Positions 48,781-58,798 are shown, counted from the first letter of the whole stretch. The stretch: 59,982 nucleotides of DNA, filler included, from 4 parts of 4 records of this genome joined end to end with filler, not necessarily neighbours in it, one strand, 5' to 3'. Program-made: numbers and translations. Notes: generated by a model from the letters alone, not told the origin.

Positions 48781-51761
48781 TAGTTATAAGAGACTTTGTT
48801 TCTACCTGTCTCTTTTGATTTATAAAGGAGTTTATCTGCTTCTTTATAGATCTCATCTATATCTTGTATCTCTTGGGAGTGTTTGATAACTAATCCCATT
48901 GAAATAGTCACGTAATTACTAACACTATTATTCTTATGTTCAATTTTCAAGGCTTCAATATTTTCTTTTAAAGTATTTGAAAATAGTTTTCCATTTTCAA
49001 TACTCTTCGTTTTAAAAAGAAGTCCAAACTCTTCACCTCCTAATCGAAAGCAGTAATCATCTACTCTATTAAGAGACTCTTTTAAAACTTCAGCAATTTT
49101 AATAAGAACTTGATCTCCCATTTGGTGACCATAGGTGTCATTGTATTGTTTAAAATGATCCACATCCATAATTAAAAAGCAGACGATATCATTATCTCTT
49201 TTTGCACCACTTATAAATTTTGGAAAAATATTATTAAAATGCCTTCTATTATATATATTTGTAAGCCCATCAGTAATCGAAATCTTTTCAATAATTTTTT
49301 TATCTGTTATATCTTGTCTTACTGAGGTATAGCCTATTTTTGTACCACTTTCATTATAAATAGGATTAATAGTTGAATTCACCCAATATACTTCACCATT
49401 TTTCTTTTTATTTTGAATCTCACCTTTCCAGATTTTATCATTTAAAATAGTGTCCCAAATATCTTGGAATAAACTTTTAGGAGTATCTGGATGTCTTATG
49501 ATACTATGGTTTTGTCCAAGAAGCTCCTTTTTAGAATAGCCACTTATAGCACAAAATGCATCAGATGCATAAGTAATAGTTCCATGTAAATCAGTTGAAG
49601 AAGCGATAATGTTTTCATCTATGAGTTGAAGATAACTTTTAATCTCTTCTTCTTTTCTTTTTATCTCCGTAATATCTTTTGCAGATGCATATAAATAGAG
49701 CTCATCATGGATCATAATCCCTTTTGCACTAATTTGTACATCAATGATAGAACCATCTTTGCGTTTATGTTTTGTTTCAAAAACTTTAGATGTATTCAGT
49801 AACTCAGCGATATTACTTTCTATTTGATCGTCAGCTAAAACTGCATCCCAATCTTTGAGATTTAAGTGTTTCATTTCATCATACTCATAGAGTAACATCT
49901 CTGGAAAAGAGTGGCTATATTCTAAGATATTTCCTTTTTTATCTAAAATATGAACACCATCATATGCAAGATTTAAAATTGACTCATATTTTTGTTTTTC
50001 AATTTTAATAATTTTTTTATTTCTTTTGAGTAATTTTTGTCTGTAATACATCAATCCTATAATTATAAAGACAACGATTAATATCCAAACAATATATGTA
50101 TAATCAATAGTTTTAATCTGTCTTGTATAGATCCAATGATTGATTATTTGCTGTTTTTTACTATTCTCAATGGAGTCAATTAAGGTATTAAAAATAGGTA
50201 CTAAGGTTTCATTTTGTTTATTGAGCATAAATCTTACATCAAAATTAAATTTGCTTGTTCCTGATATCTTTAAATCACTAAAGCTGTATTTATTCATATT
50301 ATAGTTTAAAACAGGAAGGATATCAGCTGCCGCAAAAACTTTGTTATTTGCTAAGAGATCAAGGGCTTCTTTTGTATTGTGTACTAAAACAAAATTAATA
50401 TCAGGATAGTATTTTTTTAAAAGAGTGTGTGCTGTATAGTTTTTCCCAACGGCAACAGTTTTCCCATTTAACTCTTTAAGGTCAATAATAAAGTTTTTAT
50501 CAACCTTTGTAGCTATTGAGATAGGGAAAGATACATAAGAGTTTGTAAAGCTTCCATATTTTTCTTTCTCTTTTGTTAAAGATGTGGCGAGGATGATACC
50601 ATTTTTGTCTTTTTTTATCTTTTTTAGAGACTCTACAAAATTTTTACTATAGATATAGTTAAATTTTATATTTGCTTTTGAAGTTATATCTTCCCATATA
50701 TCTATAGATAACCCTTCAACTGAATTTAAATTATTAATAGAGAATGGTTCCCAATTGGTAATATAAACATTAAAAGTTTTATCTTTTATTTTTTCATTTT
50801 CTAAATAGCTAAGAACCTCTCTATTATCTACAAACTCTTTAAACACAAAATTTGTAATATTTGTGTCATTATCAATTAATCCATACTCTTTATAAAGATC
50901 AAGAATATATTGTAATCTCCCCTCATCAGTTGTCCCAATAGGAACAAGGTCTTTAGAGATAAGTTTGTCTATTACATTGGCTTCATATCTTAAGTGTTCT
51001 AAAGATTTTTCTTTAGCATATTTTTGATGGATAAGTTGTATTATCTCTTCTTTATTATCTAAAGCATATTCCCACCCTTTAAGGACTGCTTCTTTAAACC
51101 GTTGTACCCGTTTAGGATGGTTTGTACTTTCCTTTTCATTGGTAAAAAGGATATCTCCATAAAAATCAAACCCATAATTAGCAGGATTGATGATATTGAT
51201 ATCAATATTTTTTTGTTTGAAATAAAAAGGCTCACTACTAAGATACGCAGGTATTGCATCTACTTCTTTATTACTCAGTTTTATATAATCGTTCTTTTCT
51301 CTTTTTCGAAGTAAGTTAGCATTAATATTAAGCTTTGTAAACATAGATAAAATAGCAAAGCCATCAGTATCATTTGGGTAAAAAAGAACGTTTTTATGGG
51401 AAAGTTTATAAGGGGAGTTAAGATTGTTTTCTTTTAGTGTTAGTAACACCCCTGCTGAATGCTGAAAGATAGGTGATACAATCACTACAGGCTGTTTTTT
51501 TGCCTTATAAAGCATAAGAATAGAATCAGCCACTCCATACTCTGCCTCATCATTGATTACTTGTTCTATATTATTGTATCGAAGGTCTCTTTGTTTGATC
51601 TCCACATCAAGACCAACTTCATTAAAGAATCCTTTCTCTTTTGCGGCATAATATCCTGCAAACTGAAATTGGTGAAACCATTTAAGTTGTAAAGTTACTT
51701 TCTCATTTGCATAGAGGAAAAGATTGAAAAATATTAGTAAAAGTATGCATATCTTTTTCAT
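48777..51761 (-). CDS. Diguanylate cyclase with NMT1-like and PBP sensor domains and two PAS domains
   Basis: LQLKWFHQFQFAGYYAAKEKG (NMT1/THI5-like), second SBP domain, TM, 2 PAS, DGLTNIYNRR, RLGGEEF. Confidence 0.9.
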   Translation of the reverse strand: MKKICILLLIFFNLFLYANEKVTLQLKWFHQFQFAGYYAAKEKGFFNEVGLDVEIKQRDLRYNNIEQVINDEAEYGVADSILMLYKAKKQPVVIVSPIFQHSAGVLLTLKENNLNSPYKLSHKNVLFYPNDTDGFAILSMFTKLNINANLLRKREKNDYIKLSNKEVDAIPAYLSSEPFYFKQKNIDINIINPANYGFDFYGDILFTNEKESTNHPKRVQRFKEAVLKGWEYALDNKEEIIQLIHQKYAKEKSLEHLRYEANVIDKLISKDLVPIGTTDEGRLQYILDLYKEYGLIDNDTNITNFVFKEFVDNREVLSYLENEKIKDKTFNVYITNWEPFSINNLNSVEGLSIDIWEDITSKANIKFNYIYSKNFVESLKKIKKDKNGIILATSLTKEKEKYGSFTNSYVSFPISIATKVDKNFIIDLKELNGKTVAVGKNYTAHTLLKKYYPDINFVLVHNTKEALDLLANNKVFAAADILPVLNYNMNKYSFSDLKISGTSKFNFDVRFMLNKQNETLVPIFNTLIDSIENSKKQQIINHWIYTRQIKTIDYTYIVWILIVVFIIIGLMYYRQKLLKRNKKIIKIEKQKYESILNLAYDGVHILDKKGNILEYSHSFPEMLLYEYDEMKHLNLKDWDAVLADDQIESNIAELLNTSKVFETKHKRKDGSIIDVQISAKGIMIHDELYLYASAKDITEIKRKEEEIKSYLQLIDENIIASSTDLHGTITYASDAFCAISGYSKKELLGQNHSIIRHPDTPKSLFQDIWDTILNDKIWKGEIQNKKKNGEVYWVNSTINPIYNESGTKIGYTSVRQDITDKKIIEKISITDGLTNIYNRRHFNNIFPKFISGAKRDNDIVCFLIMDVDHFKQYNDTYGHQMGDQVLIKIAEVLKESLNRVDDYCFRLGGEEFGLLFKTKSIENGKLFSNTLKENIEALKIEHKNNSVSNYVTISMGLVIKHSQEIQDIDEIYKEADKLLYKSKETGRNKVSYNY

Positions 51762-51830
51762 AGATTCATTATATAAGAATTTACATAAGATTTATATTTT
51801 GATGCAGTTTATAATAGGAGAATTTGATTA

Positions 51831-51850
51831 AAAAAGTGGCTCCGGCACCT
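51831..51850. repeat. att-like direct repeat (displaced copy of tRNA 3' end)
   Basis: AAAAAGTGGCTCCGGCACCT is identical to 52911-52930; similarity extends 8 more nt with 2 mismatches. Confidence 0.85.
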
Positions 51851-51965
51851 AGGAACGATTGAAAAAATTTCGATATAGCCTTAATTACCGTAAATAAAGG
51901 CTTTTCAATTTTTTATACTTGTGTAATATGTAGTATTATTTGGTAGTCAAAACTCTATAAAACCA

Positions 51966-52565
51966 TTATGGGAAATCTACTTTATCTCTTGGTAGAAATA
52001 TACCTTTTATACAGTTTGGATTTATGATTGCTAATTGTATATGGTTTTGAATTTTAAAACCTGCATTTTCATAAATCTCTTCGCCTTCAATAAAAGCAGC
52101 TCTAACAGAATCAAAATATACACCTTGTTCTTCTGCTAATTTATGTGCATATCTTATAACCGCATAATCAAGTTCTCTTTTTTTAAAATCAAAGTCATTT
52201 TTACCAAATGAACTATTTTCAGGTAAAGGAAGTCCTTGTGATTCTAAATTTTCTTTTAATTCATCATAGGCAACTTTTAAAAGGTCTAGATTTTTTTGAT
52301 CTAATAAATCTAAACAATTTCCTAAATCAAGAATCGATCCTAAAACAAAAGGTTCTTTTATTTTTGTCTTTGGTCTTTTCATATCTTCTTTGGCATATTG
52401 TATAGCTCTTTCATAGTTGTTTTCCCAAAAATAGACACCATCTCCTAACCAGTCATGGTCATTATTGCTAAGTTTAAATTCTTTTTTTTGATTAAGTATT
52501 TCGTATGCTATTTCTTTATCAAGTCCATGAAAACCAAATACATATGATGGCTTAGTTGAATACAT
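51966..52565 (-). CDS. Putative ADP-ribosyltransferase-fold protein (toxin-like)
   Basis: GFHG, WLGDGVYFWEN and late HIQ motifs are arranged like the H-Y-[E/Q] ART triad; fold is inferred by eye. Confidence 0.55.
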   Translation of the reverse strand: MYSTKPSYVFGFHGLDKEIAYEILNQKKEFKLSNNDHDWLGDGVYFWENNYERAIQYAKEDMKRPKTKIKEPFVLGSILDLGNCLDLLDQKNLDLLKVAYDELKENLESQGLPLPENSSFGKNDFDFKKRELDYAVIRYAHKLAEEQGVYFDSVRAAFIEGEEIYENAGFKIQNHIQLAIINPNCIKGIFLPRDKVDFP

Positions 52566-52748
52566 TTAGGCGTTTATGCTTGCTATTATTCTTTTTGAAG
52601 TTTGTACAGTTTTTGCACTAAAATATTTAGGATCATATTCACCATTATCTTTTATAATATGTGCTTTAACTAATCTTGTCTTTTTTTCATCTTTTGACAT
52701 AGTTTCAGAAGTTCTTTTAATTTTACTTATCAAATCTGCTGTTGACAT
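52566..52748 (-). CDS. Small protein coupled to the ART-like gene (antitoxin-like)
   Basis: 60 aa; AAGGA RBS; its stop directly abuts the next start (TAAATG). Confidence 0.6.
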   Translation of the reverse strand: MSTADLISKIKRTSETMSKDEKKTRLVKAHIIKDNGEYDPKYFSAKTVQTSKRIIASINA

Positions 52749-52769
52749 AATTTTCCTTTTTTGATTAAC

Positions 52770-52795
52770 TTTAGTTTATCTAAAAATAAACTAAA
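52770..52795. promoter_or_regulatory. Palindromic operator candidate upstream of the islet operon
   Basis: Perfect 10-bp inverted repeat TTTAGTTTAT-N6-ATAAACTAAA about 20 nt upstream of ATG 52748. Confidence 0.45.
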
Positions 52796-52916
52796 AACAT
52801 ATTAATATATTTTAAAAATACTTGTTATGATTCAATTGTCAGTTTTTGGCAATTAAATTGGCAGTCAAAATGAAAAAATGAATGAAATCCCTTTATGTAA
52901 AGGGTGAAGTAAAAAG

Positions 52917-52946
52917 TGGCTCCGGCACCTGGGATCGAACCAGGGA
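52917..52946 (-). tRNA. tRNA 3' half (T-arm, acceptor stem, CCA), probably tRNA-Asn; truncated by contig end
   Basis: Minus strand TCCCTGGTTCGATCCCAGGTGCCGGAGCCA: GGTTCGA T-loop and a ...GGAGCCA end typical of tRNA-Asn; anticodon not visible. Confidence 0.8.
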
Positions 52947-53046
52947 NNNNNNNNNNNNNNNNNNNNNNNNNNNNNNNNNNNNNNNNNNNNTTAATTAATT
53001 AANNNNNNNNNNNNNNNNNNNNNNNNNNNNNNNNNNNNNNNNNNNN
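52947..53046. other. Artificial contig spacer
   Basis: 44 N + TTAATTAATTAA + 44 N. Confidence 0.98.
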
Positions 53047-53121
53047 TTTTTTCGCAGAATGGCAAGATACAAAATACAGCATTGGTTGTCAAGTGAATAA
53101 CAAGTGAAAAAAAATCAAAAT

Positions 53122-53153
53122 AAAAAAGGAGCGATATATTCTATCACTCCTTT
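53122..53153 (-). terminator. Probable terminator downstream of nifA
   Basis: AAAGGAGCGATA / TATCACTCCTTT stem with a T run on the minus strand. Confidence 0.6.
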
Positions 53154-53181
53154 CTATTTGTATACTTATACAGTTATAGTA

Positions 53182-54741
53182 TTATACTTTATAACGCCAG
53201 GCATCAATTCTATACTTTTTAATCCTGGTACCTAACATACGTTCCGTAATCTTAAGCAACTCTGCCGCCTTTGTAATATTTCCTTTGGTCGTAGTAAGCC
53301 CTTCTATGATCAATTGCTTTTCTAAACGCTCCAACACTCCAGTCATTCCTTCATGCATTCCTGTCGCAGTTGAATCTGCAGTTTGTAATGTTGGCGGAAG
53401 GTTATAACTATGTATCACATTATCTCTTGCCAAAATACAGGCACGTTCAATTACATTTTCCAATTCCCTTACGTTACCTGGCCAAGAATACACCATCAAC
53501 ATATCTATAGCTGAAGTGGTAATTCTTTTTATGGATGCCCTATTCTTTTTATTAAACTTATTTATAAAATGATCTACTAAAATTGGAATATCATTTCTGC
53601 GCTCACGCAAAGATGGAACAAATATTGGAAACACATTAATTCTATAAAATAAGTCTTCCCTAAACGAACCATCTTCTATCTGTTGTTCTAAATTACAATT
53701 GGTAGCACATACAATTCGAACATCTATCTTTATAGTTTCAGTACCACCTAGTCGCTCAAACTCTCTTTCCTGAATTACACGCAGCAACTTAACCTGAGTA
53801 GAAAGCGGTAAATCACCAATCTCATCTAAAAATATAGTTCCTCCATCAGCCATTTCGAAACGACCTTTCCTTTGCTGATCAGCACCGGTAAACGCTCCTT
53901 TTTCGTGACCAAACAATTCACTTTCAATCAAAGAATCTGGTAAAGCCGAACAGTTTACCTTCACTAAACTCTTATTCTTTCTGGCACTTTCAGTATGAAT
54001 AGCATCTGCCACCAACTCTTTACCAATACCACTTTCTCCTCTTATCAGAACAGTACTATTTGTTCGGGCAACCATTTCTATCAAAGAGAACACATCTCTC
54101 ATTTTACTACTATTACCAATAATATTCGTAGCAAAATTATTTCCTTTTACTTCCGACTCAAGTTCTTGATTCTTTTGCTTTAAGGCTTCCACCTCTTCCG
54201 CTTTTTCCTGTCGTGCCTTAACGGTTTTAGCAATTAAAGAACCTACAATTGACAATAAGTGAATATCTTCTTCGTAGGTAATATGCGGGTTAAACGGTCG
54301 TACCACACTTAAGGCGCCTGTGGTTTTATTTTCTGCAACAATAGGAATACATATAAATGTGAGCTCGACCCCTTCTTTACTAACTTCAGAACGAGTTTTA
54401 TTTAAAAACAAATTCGATTTAGAAATCTCCTGAATAACAATAGGCTGACCTAACTCAACTACTTTCCCAATAACACCTTCTCCTAATCGATACTTTCCCA
54501 GAGATTGTTGTTTTTGACTCATCCCATAAGCCGCCTCAATATAAATATTGGAATTATTACGATTAAATATAGTTAAGAAACTTCTTTCGGCATCCAGATA
54601 TTCAACCAACATTTTTAATATCGGTGACAAATCATTTTTTAATTCCTTACTTGAAATTAATCGCTGACTAATTTCAAATAACAATGTCATTTCTTTAAGC
54701 CCGTAACAATCCTCCCCACCTTTTTTACAATTTTTATGCAT
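53182..54741 (-). CDS. nifA: NifA-type sigma54 enhancer-binding protein (GAF-AAA-HTH)
   Basis: GAF (GEGVIGKV), GESGIGKE, ESELFGHEKGAFTGA, WPGNVRELEN, Fis-type HTH; nifH on the same contig. Confidence 0.8.
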   Translation of the reverse strand: MHKNCKKGGEDCYGLKEMTLLFEISQRLISSKELKNDLSPILKMLVEYLDAERSFLTIFNRNNSNIYIEAAYGMSQKQQSLGKYRLGEGVIGKVVELGQPIVIQEISKSNLFLNKTRSEVSKEGVELTFICIPIVAENKTTGALSVVRPFNPHITYEEDIHLLSIVGSLIAKTVKARQEKAEEVEALKQKNQELESEVKGNNFATNIIGNSSKMRDVFSLIEMVARTNSTVLIRGESGIGKELVADAIHTESARKNKSLVKVNCSALPDSLIESELFGHEKGAFTGADQQRKGRFEMADGGTIFLDEIGDLPLSTQVKLLRVIQEREFERLGGTETIKIDVRIVCATNCNLEQQIEDGSFREDLFYRINVFPIFVPSLRERRNDIPILVDHFINKFNKKNRASIKRITTSAIDMLMVYSWPGNVRELENVIERACILARDNVIHSYNLPPTLQTADSTATGMHEGMTGVLERLEKQLIIEGLTTTKGNITKAAELLKITERMLGTRIKKYRIDAWRYKV

Positions 54742-54780
54742 ATTACCTTACCCCAATTAAAATTATAGCAAAATCCTCCT

Positions 54781-54788
54781 CAAATATA
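54781..54788 (-). promoter_or_regulatory. Bacteroidota -7 promoter element for nifA
   Basis: Minus strand TATATTTG matches TAnnTTTG, 40 nt upstream of the ATG. Confidence 0.5.
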
Positions 54789-55084
54789 ACAATTCATAAA
54801 TCCAACCCCTAAATTTTGAACAAACCACGTTCTTATTTATAATGTTTCCATCTTAAACCCCTACATTATTCAATTATCCCAACATTTTTTTAAGAATTTT
54901 CACATTAAAATTCGATTCTCTAAAACAATCAAACATTAAAACATAAATGCATAAGTATTCAAATTTTAGTATTAAAAACCATTTTTGAACTGTAAGTGTA
55001 TTTATTTTTTGAAAAAATATCAATATCTTAACATTAAGATTATCTACAGTTAATAAATGTTGCACCTTTTAAAATTTTAGCTCT

Positions 55085-55393
55085 ATGAATAACTACATTG
55101 ACATTGAGATAAATAAAGTACAACTCAATGCCTTATTAAATCATCATGAAAAAAAAGGCTTAAAGTATTTATTAGAAAACAGTGTTTTTTGCAATACTTG
55201 TAATGACGTATGCCAATATGGTGTATCTAATTACCTTATATACCTGGATCGGTTTAATGATATTAAAGTAGAAGGGGAATGTACCCAATGCGGTAGTGAA
55301 GTAACCCGAATCATAGAGTTTGGAGAGAATGAATCATTTTTTAGAAAGGCAGTTCAGTTTAGAAATACATTGAATGAGGCATTAGTAAGCTAA
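55085..55393 (+). CDS. Small zinc-ribbon hypothetical protein
   Basis: FCNTC...GECTQCG two-knuckle pattern; followed by a terminator. Confidence 0.65.
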   Translation: MNNYIDIEINKVQLNALLNHHEKKGLKYLLENSVFCNTCNDVCQYGVSNYLIYLDRFNDIKVEGECTQCGSEVTRIIEFGENESFFRKAVQFRNTLNEALVS

Positions 55394-55412
55394 ACAAATT
55401 ATAATAAATTAT

Positions 55413-55445
55413 AAAGCTGGAATTTTCATTTCCAGCTTTTCTTTT
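55413..55445. terminator. Bidirectional terminator
   Basis: AAAGCTGGAA / TTCCAGCTTT stem between convergent genes. Confidence 0.7.
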
Positions 55446-55486
55446 ATCTGTAGATTATCTTAACAAATCCATAAAGATCTTGAATA

Positions 55487-56371
55487 CTAATCCCGATATC
55501 GCTTTATGATATCCTGATAAGCATCTATTCTTCGGTCTCTAAAAAATGGCCATATCCTTCTGACTTCTTCTGTTCTATCTTTATCCAATTCAACTACCTG
55601 ACTCAATTCTTCATCCTGATTTGCTTCCCATATAATTTCGCCTTGTGGTCCGGCCACAAAACTACTTCCCCAAAACTTAATTCCATTGGTAACACCTGTC
55701 CAATCCGGTTCTTCACCTACTCTATTCACAGCGACTACCGGCAATCCATTTGCCACTGCATGTGCTCTCTGTGAAATCATCCATGCGTTTCGCTGACGAG
55801 CTTTTTCCTCTTCATCATCTGTACTTTCATAACCAATAGCTGTTGGATAAATAAGAATCTCAGCCCCAGCTAAGGCCATCAAGCGCGCTGCTTCAGGATA
55901 CCATTGATCCCAACACACTAATACTCCAAGTTTTCCAACTGAAGTTTGAATTGGATTAAAGCCCAAATCTCCCGGTGTAAAATAAAATTTTTCATAATAA
56001 GCCGGATCATCCGGAATATGCATTTTACGATACATCCCAGCTTCTGAACCATCTTTTTCAAAAACAACAGCTGTATTATGATATAATCCCGGAGCTCTTT
56101 TTTCAAATAAAGATGTCACCAAAACTATTTCTAACTCCTTAGCAATAGCTGCAAATTGATGATATGAAGGTCCTGGAATCGGCTCTGCCCACTCAAACAT
56201 TTCTACTTCCTCGGCCTGACAAAAATAGATTCCACAGTGTAACTCCTGCAGCACCACCAGCTCGGCTCCCTGAGCAGCACAAGTTCTAATACCTTCAATG
56301 CTTTTATTTATATTAGCCTGTTTATCGTTACCACATGCCTGCTGAACAATTCCGACTTTTAACTTATTCAT
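55487..56371 (-). CDS. aguB: N-carbamoylputrescine amidase (carbon-nitrogen hydrolase)
   Basis: LQELH, YRKMHIPDDPAYYEKFYF, VCWDQWYPE; adjacent to agmatine deiminase. Confidence 0.88.
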   Translation of the reverse strand: MNKLKVGIVQQACGNDKQANINKSIEGIRTCAAQGAELVVLQELHCGIYFCQAEEVEMFEWAEPIPGPSYHQFAAIAKELEIVLVTSLFEKRAPGLYHNTAVVFEKDGSEAGMYRKMHIPDDPAYYEKFYFTPGDLGFNPIQTSVGKLGVLVCWDQWYPEAARLMALAGAEILIYPTAIGYESTDDEEEKARQRNAWMISQRAHAVANGLPVVAVNRVGEEPDWTGVTNGIKFWGSSFVAGPQGEIIWEANQDEELSQVVELDKDRTEEVRRIWPFFRDRRIDAYQDIIKRYRD

Positions 56372-56404
56372 CCTTTTATTTTACTTATTAAGCCTTAACT
56401 ACCT

Positions 56405-57427
56405 TTACATATTTATATTAATTCCTTTGGGATATTGCATACTAATACAATGCAAAGATCCATGCTGATCAATCAAAGGTCGACAATTTATTCCAAGCAC
56501 TTTTCTATCTGGAAAAATATTTTGAATAGTTCGTAATGCTTCCTCATCTTGAGGCACGCCATAAACCGGCACTAATACACCATTATTTAAAATAAGAAAA
56601 TTAGCGTATGTAGCCGGCAACCTTTCTCCTTCCTTATCAAAACATGCATCGGGCCATGGAAGTGCCACCAAATTATAAGCCTTACCTTGAGCATTGGTAA
56701 ATGTACCAAGCTGCTCTTCCATCTTTCGCAAATCTTCAAAATGCTCATCTTCATGATTATCACATTTTACGTAAGCAATTGTATCTGAAGAACAAATTCG
56801 AGCCAATGTATCAATATGAGAATCAGTATCATCTCCAACTAAAAATCCATGATCTAACCAAAGCACTTTTTTTAACCCAAATACCTCTTTTAAGAAATCT
56901 GCTATCTCATTTCTATTTAAATGAGGATTTCTGAACTCTGACAATAAACATTCTGATGTTGTTAAAAGCGTTCCTTCACCGTCAGATTCAATTGCTCCTC
57001 CTTCTAAAACAAAATCATATACCATCAATGGCGTTTCCGACAAACACTTTTTATGCAGAATAGATGTTATTGTATTATCTAATCCGGCTTCAAATTTTTT
57101 ACCCCAACCATTAAAAACAAAATCGAGCAATACCGGCTTTCCATCTTTAATAACAGAAATAGCTCCATGATCTCTCGCCCAGGTATCATTTGACGCTGCC
57201 TCTATATAATATATTATATAAGGAGTAGGATTTTTAAAGTAAGACGAAACTTGTTCTTCCGAATCACAAACAAGTAAAACAGGCTCAAAGGATGCTGCAG
57301 CTTCAATTATCTGCACAAAACAGTCCACAACCTCATCATACATATATACCCAGTCACTATTTTTATGTGGAAATGTAAACTGAACAAAACTTTGCGGCTC
57401 CCATTCTGCGGGCAATCTTACACTCAT
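56405..57427 (-). CDS. aguA: Agmatine deiminase (PAD family)
   Basis: PAEWEP, NDTWARDHG, FNGWG, LEGG, DDTDSHID, ATYANF, GSLHC. Confidence 0.88.
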   Translation of the reverse strand: MSVRLPAEWEPQSFVQFTFPHKNSDWVYMYDEVVDCFVQIIEAAASFEPVLLVCDSEEQVSSYFKNPTPYIIYYIEAASNDTWARDHGAISVIKDGKPVLLDFVFNGWGKKFEAGLDNTITSILHKKCLSETPLMVYDFVLEGGAIESDGEGTLLTTSECLLSEFRNPHLNRNEIADFLKEVFGLKKVLWLDHGFLVGDDTDSHIDTLARICSSDTIAYVKCDNHEDEHFEDLRKMEEQLGTFTNAQGKAYNLVALPWPDACFDKEGERLPATYANFLILNNGVLVPVYGVPQDEEALRTIQNIFPDRKVLGINCRPLIDQHGSLHCISMQYPKGININM

Positions 57428-57449
57428 TTTCTTACAATTATCTTATTTG

Positions 57450-57508
57450 CAAATATAAAATTATAGCGCTTACAAATATGATCCTCCATAAAAAAGAGGT
57501 TACCTTTG
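57450..57508. promoter_or_regulatory. Divergent Bacteroidota-type promoters (aguA and AKR)
   Basis: TATATTTG on the minus strand (57450-57457) and TACCTTTG on the plus strand (57501-57508); both match TAnnTTTG. Confidence 0.5.
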
Positions 57509-57622
57509 TCGCGTTTTATTTATGCTCATCTAAAAATAAATTTGAACATATATATTAATTATACCTTGCTATATCAATTGGCAAAATAATTTTAGAATCA
57601 TCATCAGGGTATATAATAAGCT

Positions 57623-58798
57623 ATGGAATATAGAAGATTTGGTAAAACTGAGAAAAAATTAAGCGTAATAACCCTTGGCGGGATGCGTTTTAAACACGGA
57701 TGGGATAACCCCAGACACGAAATCCCTGCAGAGACACAAGATAACTGCAACCAAATTGTTGACCTGGCCATAAAAAACGGGATTAATCATTTTGAAACAG
57801 CTCATGGCTACATGAAAAGTGAAACTGTTTTTGGCAAGACGCTCAATGACGAATTAAAAATAGACCGGTCTTCTTATTATTTGATGACCAAAGGAAATCC
57901 TTCAACTGCTGATGAAACCAGAAAATTAATAGATGAGCAATTAAATACGCTAAAAACAGATTATCTTGATTTTTATGGCTGGCACGGTATTAACACTCCA
58001 GAACTAATGCAAACAGCCTGCAAAACAGGTGGGCCAGTTGAAGAACTACTAAGATTAAAAGAAGAAGGTATTATAAAACACGTAGGATTTAGCACACACG
58101 GTTCCTTAAAAACCATAACGGACAGTATTAATACAGACCTATTTGAATTTGTAAATCTGCATTATTACTATTTCTACCAGCGCAACCTTGCCGCAATTCA
58201 ATTAGCCGAGCAAAAAGATATGGGGGTATTTATCATATCGCCCAACGACAAAGGAGGACAATTATACAAAGCTCCTGAAAAAGTAAAGAAAGCTATACCT
58301 CATTGCACTCCAATTCAGTGGAATGGGCGTTTTTGCCTGAACACACCTAATGTACATACCTTATCTTTTGGCATAAACGACGCAAGTCACTTTAATGAAA
58401 TGAAGGGGATTTTTAATTATAATGCAACAACCAAACAACAAGATGAACAAAGCAAGCAACTACTCGACAATATGGCAACAGAAGATCCATATACCTGGTA
58501 TGACGCCTACAATACCAATGAAGACAGCCCTGGAATAAATTTACCCCTCTTATTATTATGGCGTAAACTCTGGAAGTGTTACGACATGCTTGACTTTGCC
58601 AAATATCGATATAAGGAACTAAAAACACCCAACCATTGGGTTCCTGGTGTATATGCCACTCCCGAAAATATTGCAAAACTTGATATCTCTTTGATTCCGG
58701 ACTCTATACCTATAGAAAAAATGCTTACTGAATTGCATAATGCACTAAACCCGGAACCTTCTATAAATCCCAAAAACCTGAGCTTACTAAAAAAATAA
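57623..58798 (+). CDS. Aldo/keto reductase family oxidoreductase
   Basis: MEYRRFGKT, GINHFETAHGY, TK, HVGFSTHG motifs. Confidence 0.85.
   Translation: MEYRRFGKTEKKLSVITLGGMRFKHGWDNPRHEIPAETQDNCNQIVDLAIKNGINHFETAHGYMKSETVFGKTLNDELKIDRSSYYLMTKGNPSTADETRKLIDEQLNTLKTDYLDFYGWHGINTPELMQTACKTGGPVEELLRLKEEGIIKHVGFSTHGSLKTITDSINTDLFEFVNLHYYYFYQRNLAAIQLAEQKDMGVFIISPNDKGGQLYKAPEKVKKAIPHCTPIQWNGRFCLNTPNVHTLSFGINDASHFNEMKGIFNYNATTKQQDEQSKQLLDNMATEDPYTWYDAYNTNEDSPGINLPLLLLWRKLWKCYDMLDFAKYRYKELKTPNHWVPGVYATPENIAKLDISLIPDSIPIEKMLTELHNALNPEPSINPKNLSLLKK

Larger units (their letters stand above)
51831..52930. mobile_element. 1.08-kb tRNA-integrated genomic islet without integrase
   Basis: Bounded by 20-bp direct repeats of the tRNA 3' end; two cargo genes; repeated TTGGCAGTCAA-like motifs near both ends. 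Confidence 0.75.

Noticed and set aside
51837-51858. Second tRNA gene
   Set aside because: Only the 3' end with a degenerate T-loop is present; it is an att duplication.
18313-53046. Functional linkage between gas vesicle, chemosensory and nif regions
   Set aside because: The regions sit on different contigs separated by artificial N/TTAATTAATTAA spacers and differ in composition, so adjacency is meaningless.
53064-53092. Minus-strand TTGACA-N17-TATCTT promoter at the contig D edge
   Set aside because: Good consensus, but its target lies beyond the contig end, so nothing further can be supported.
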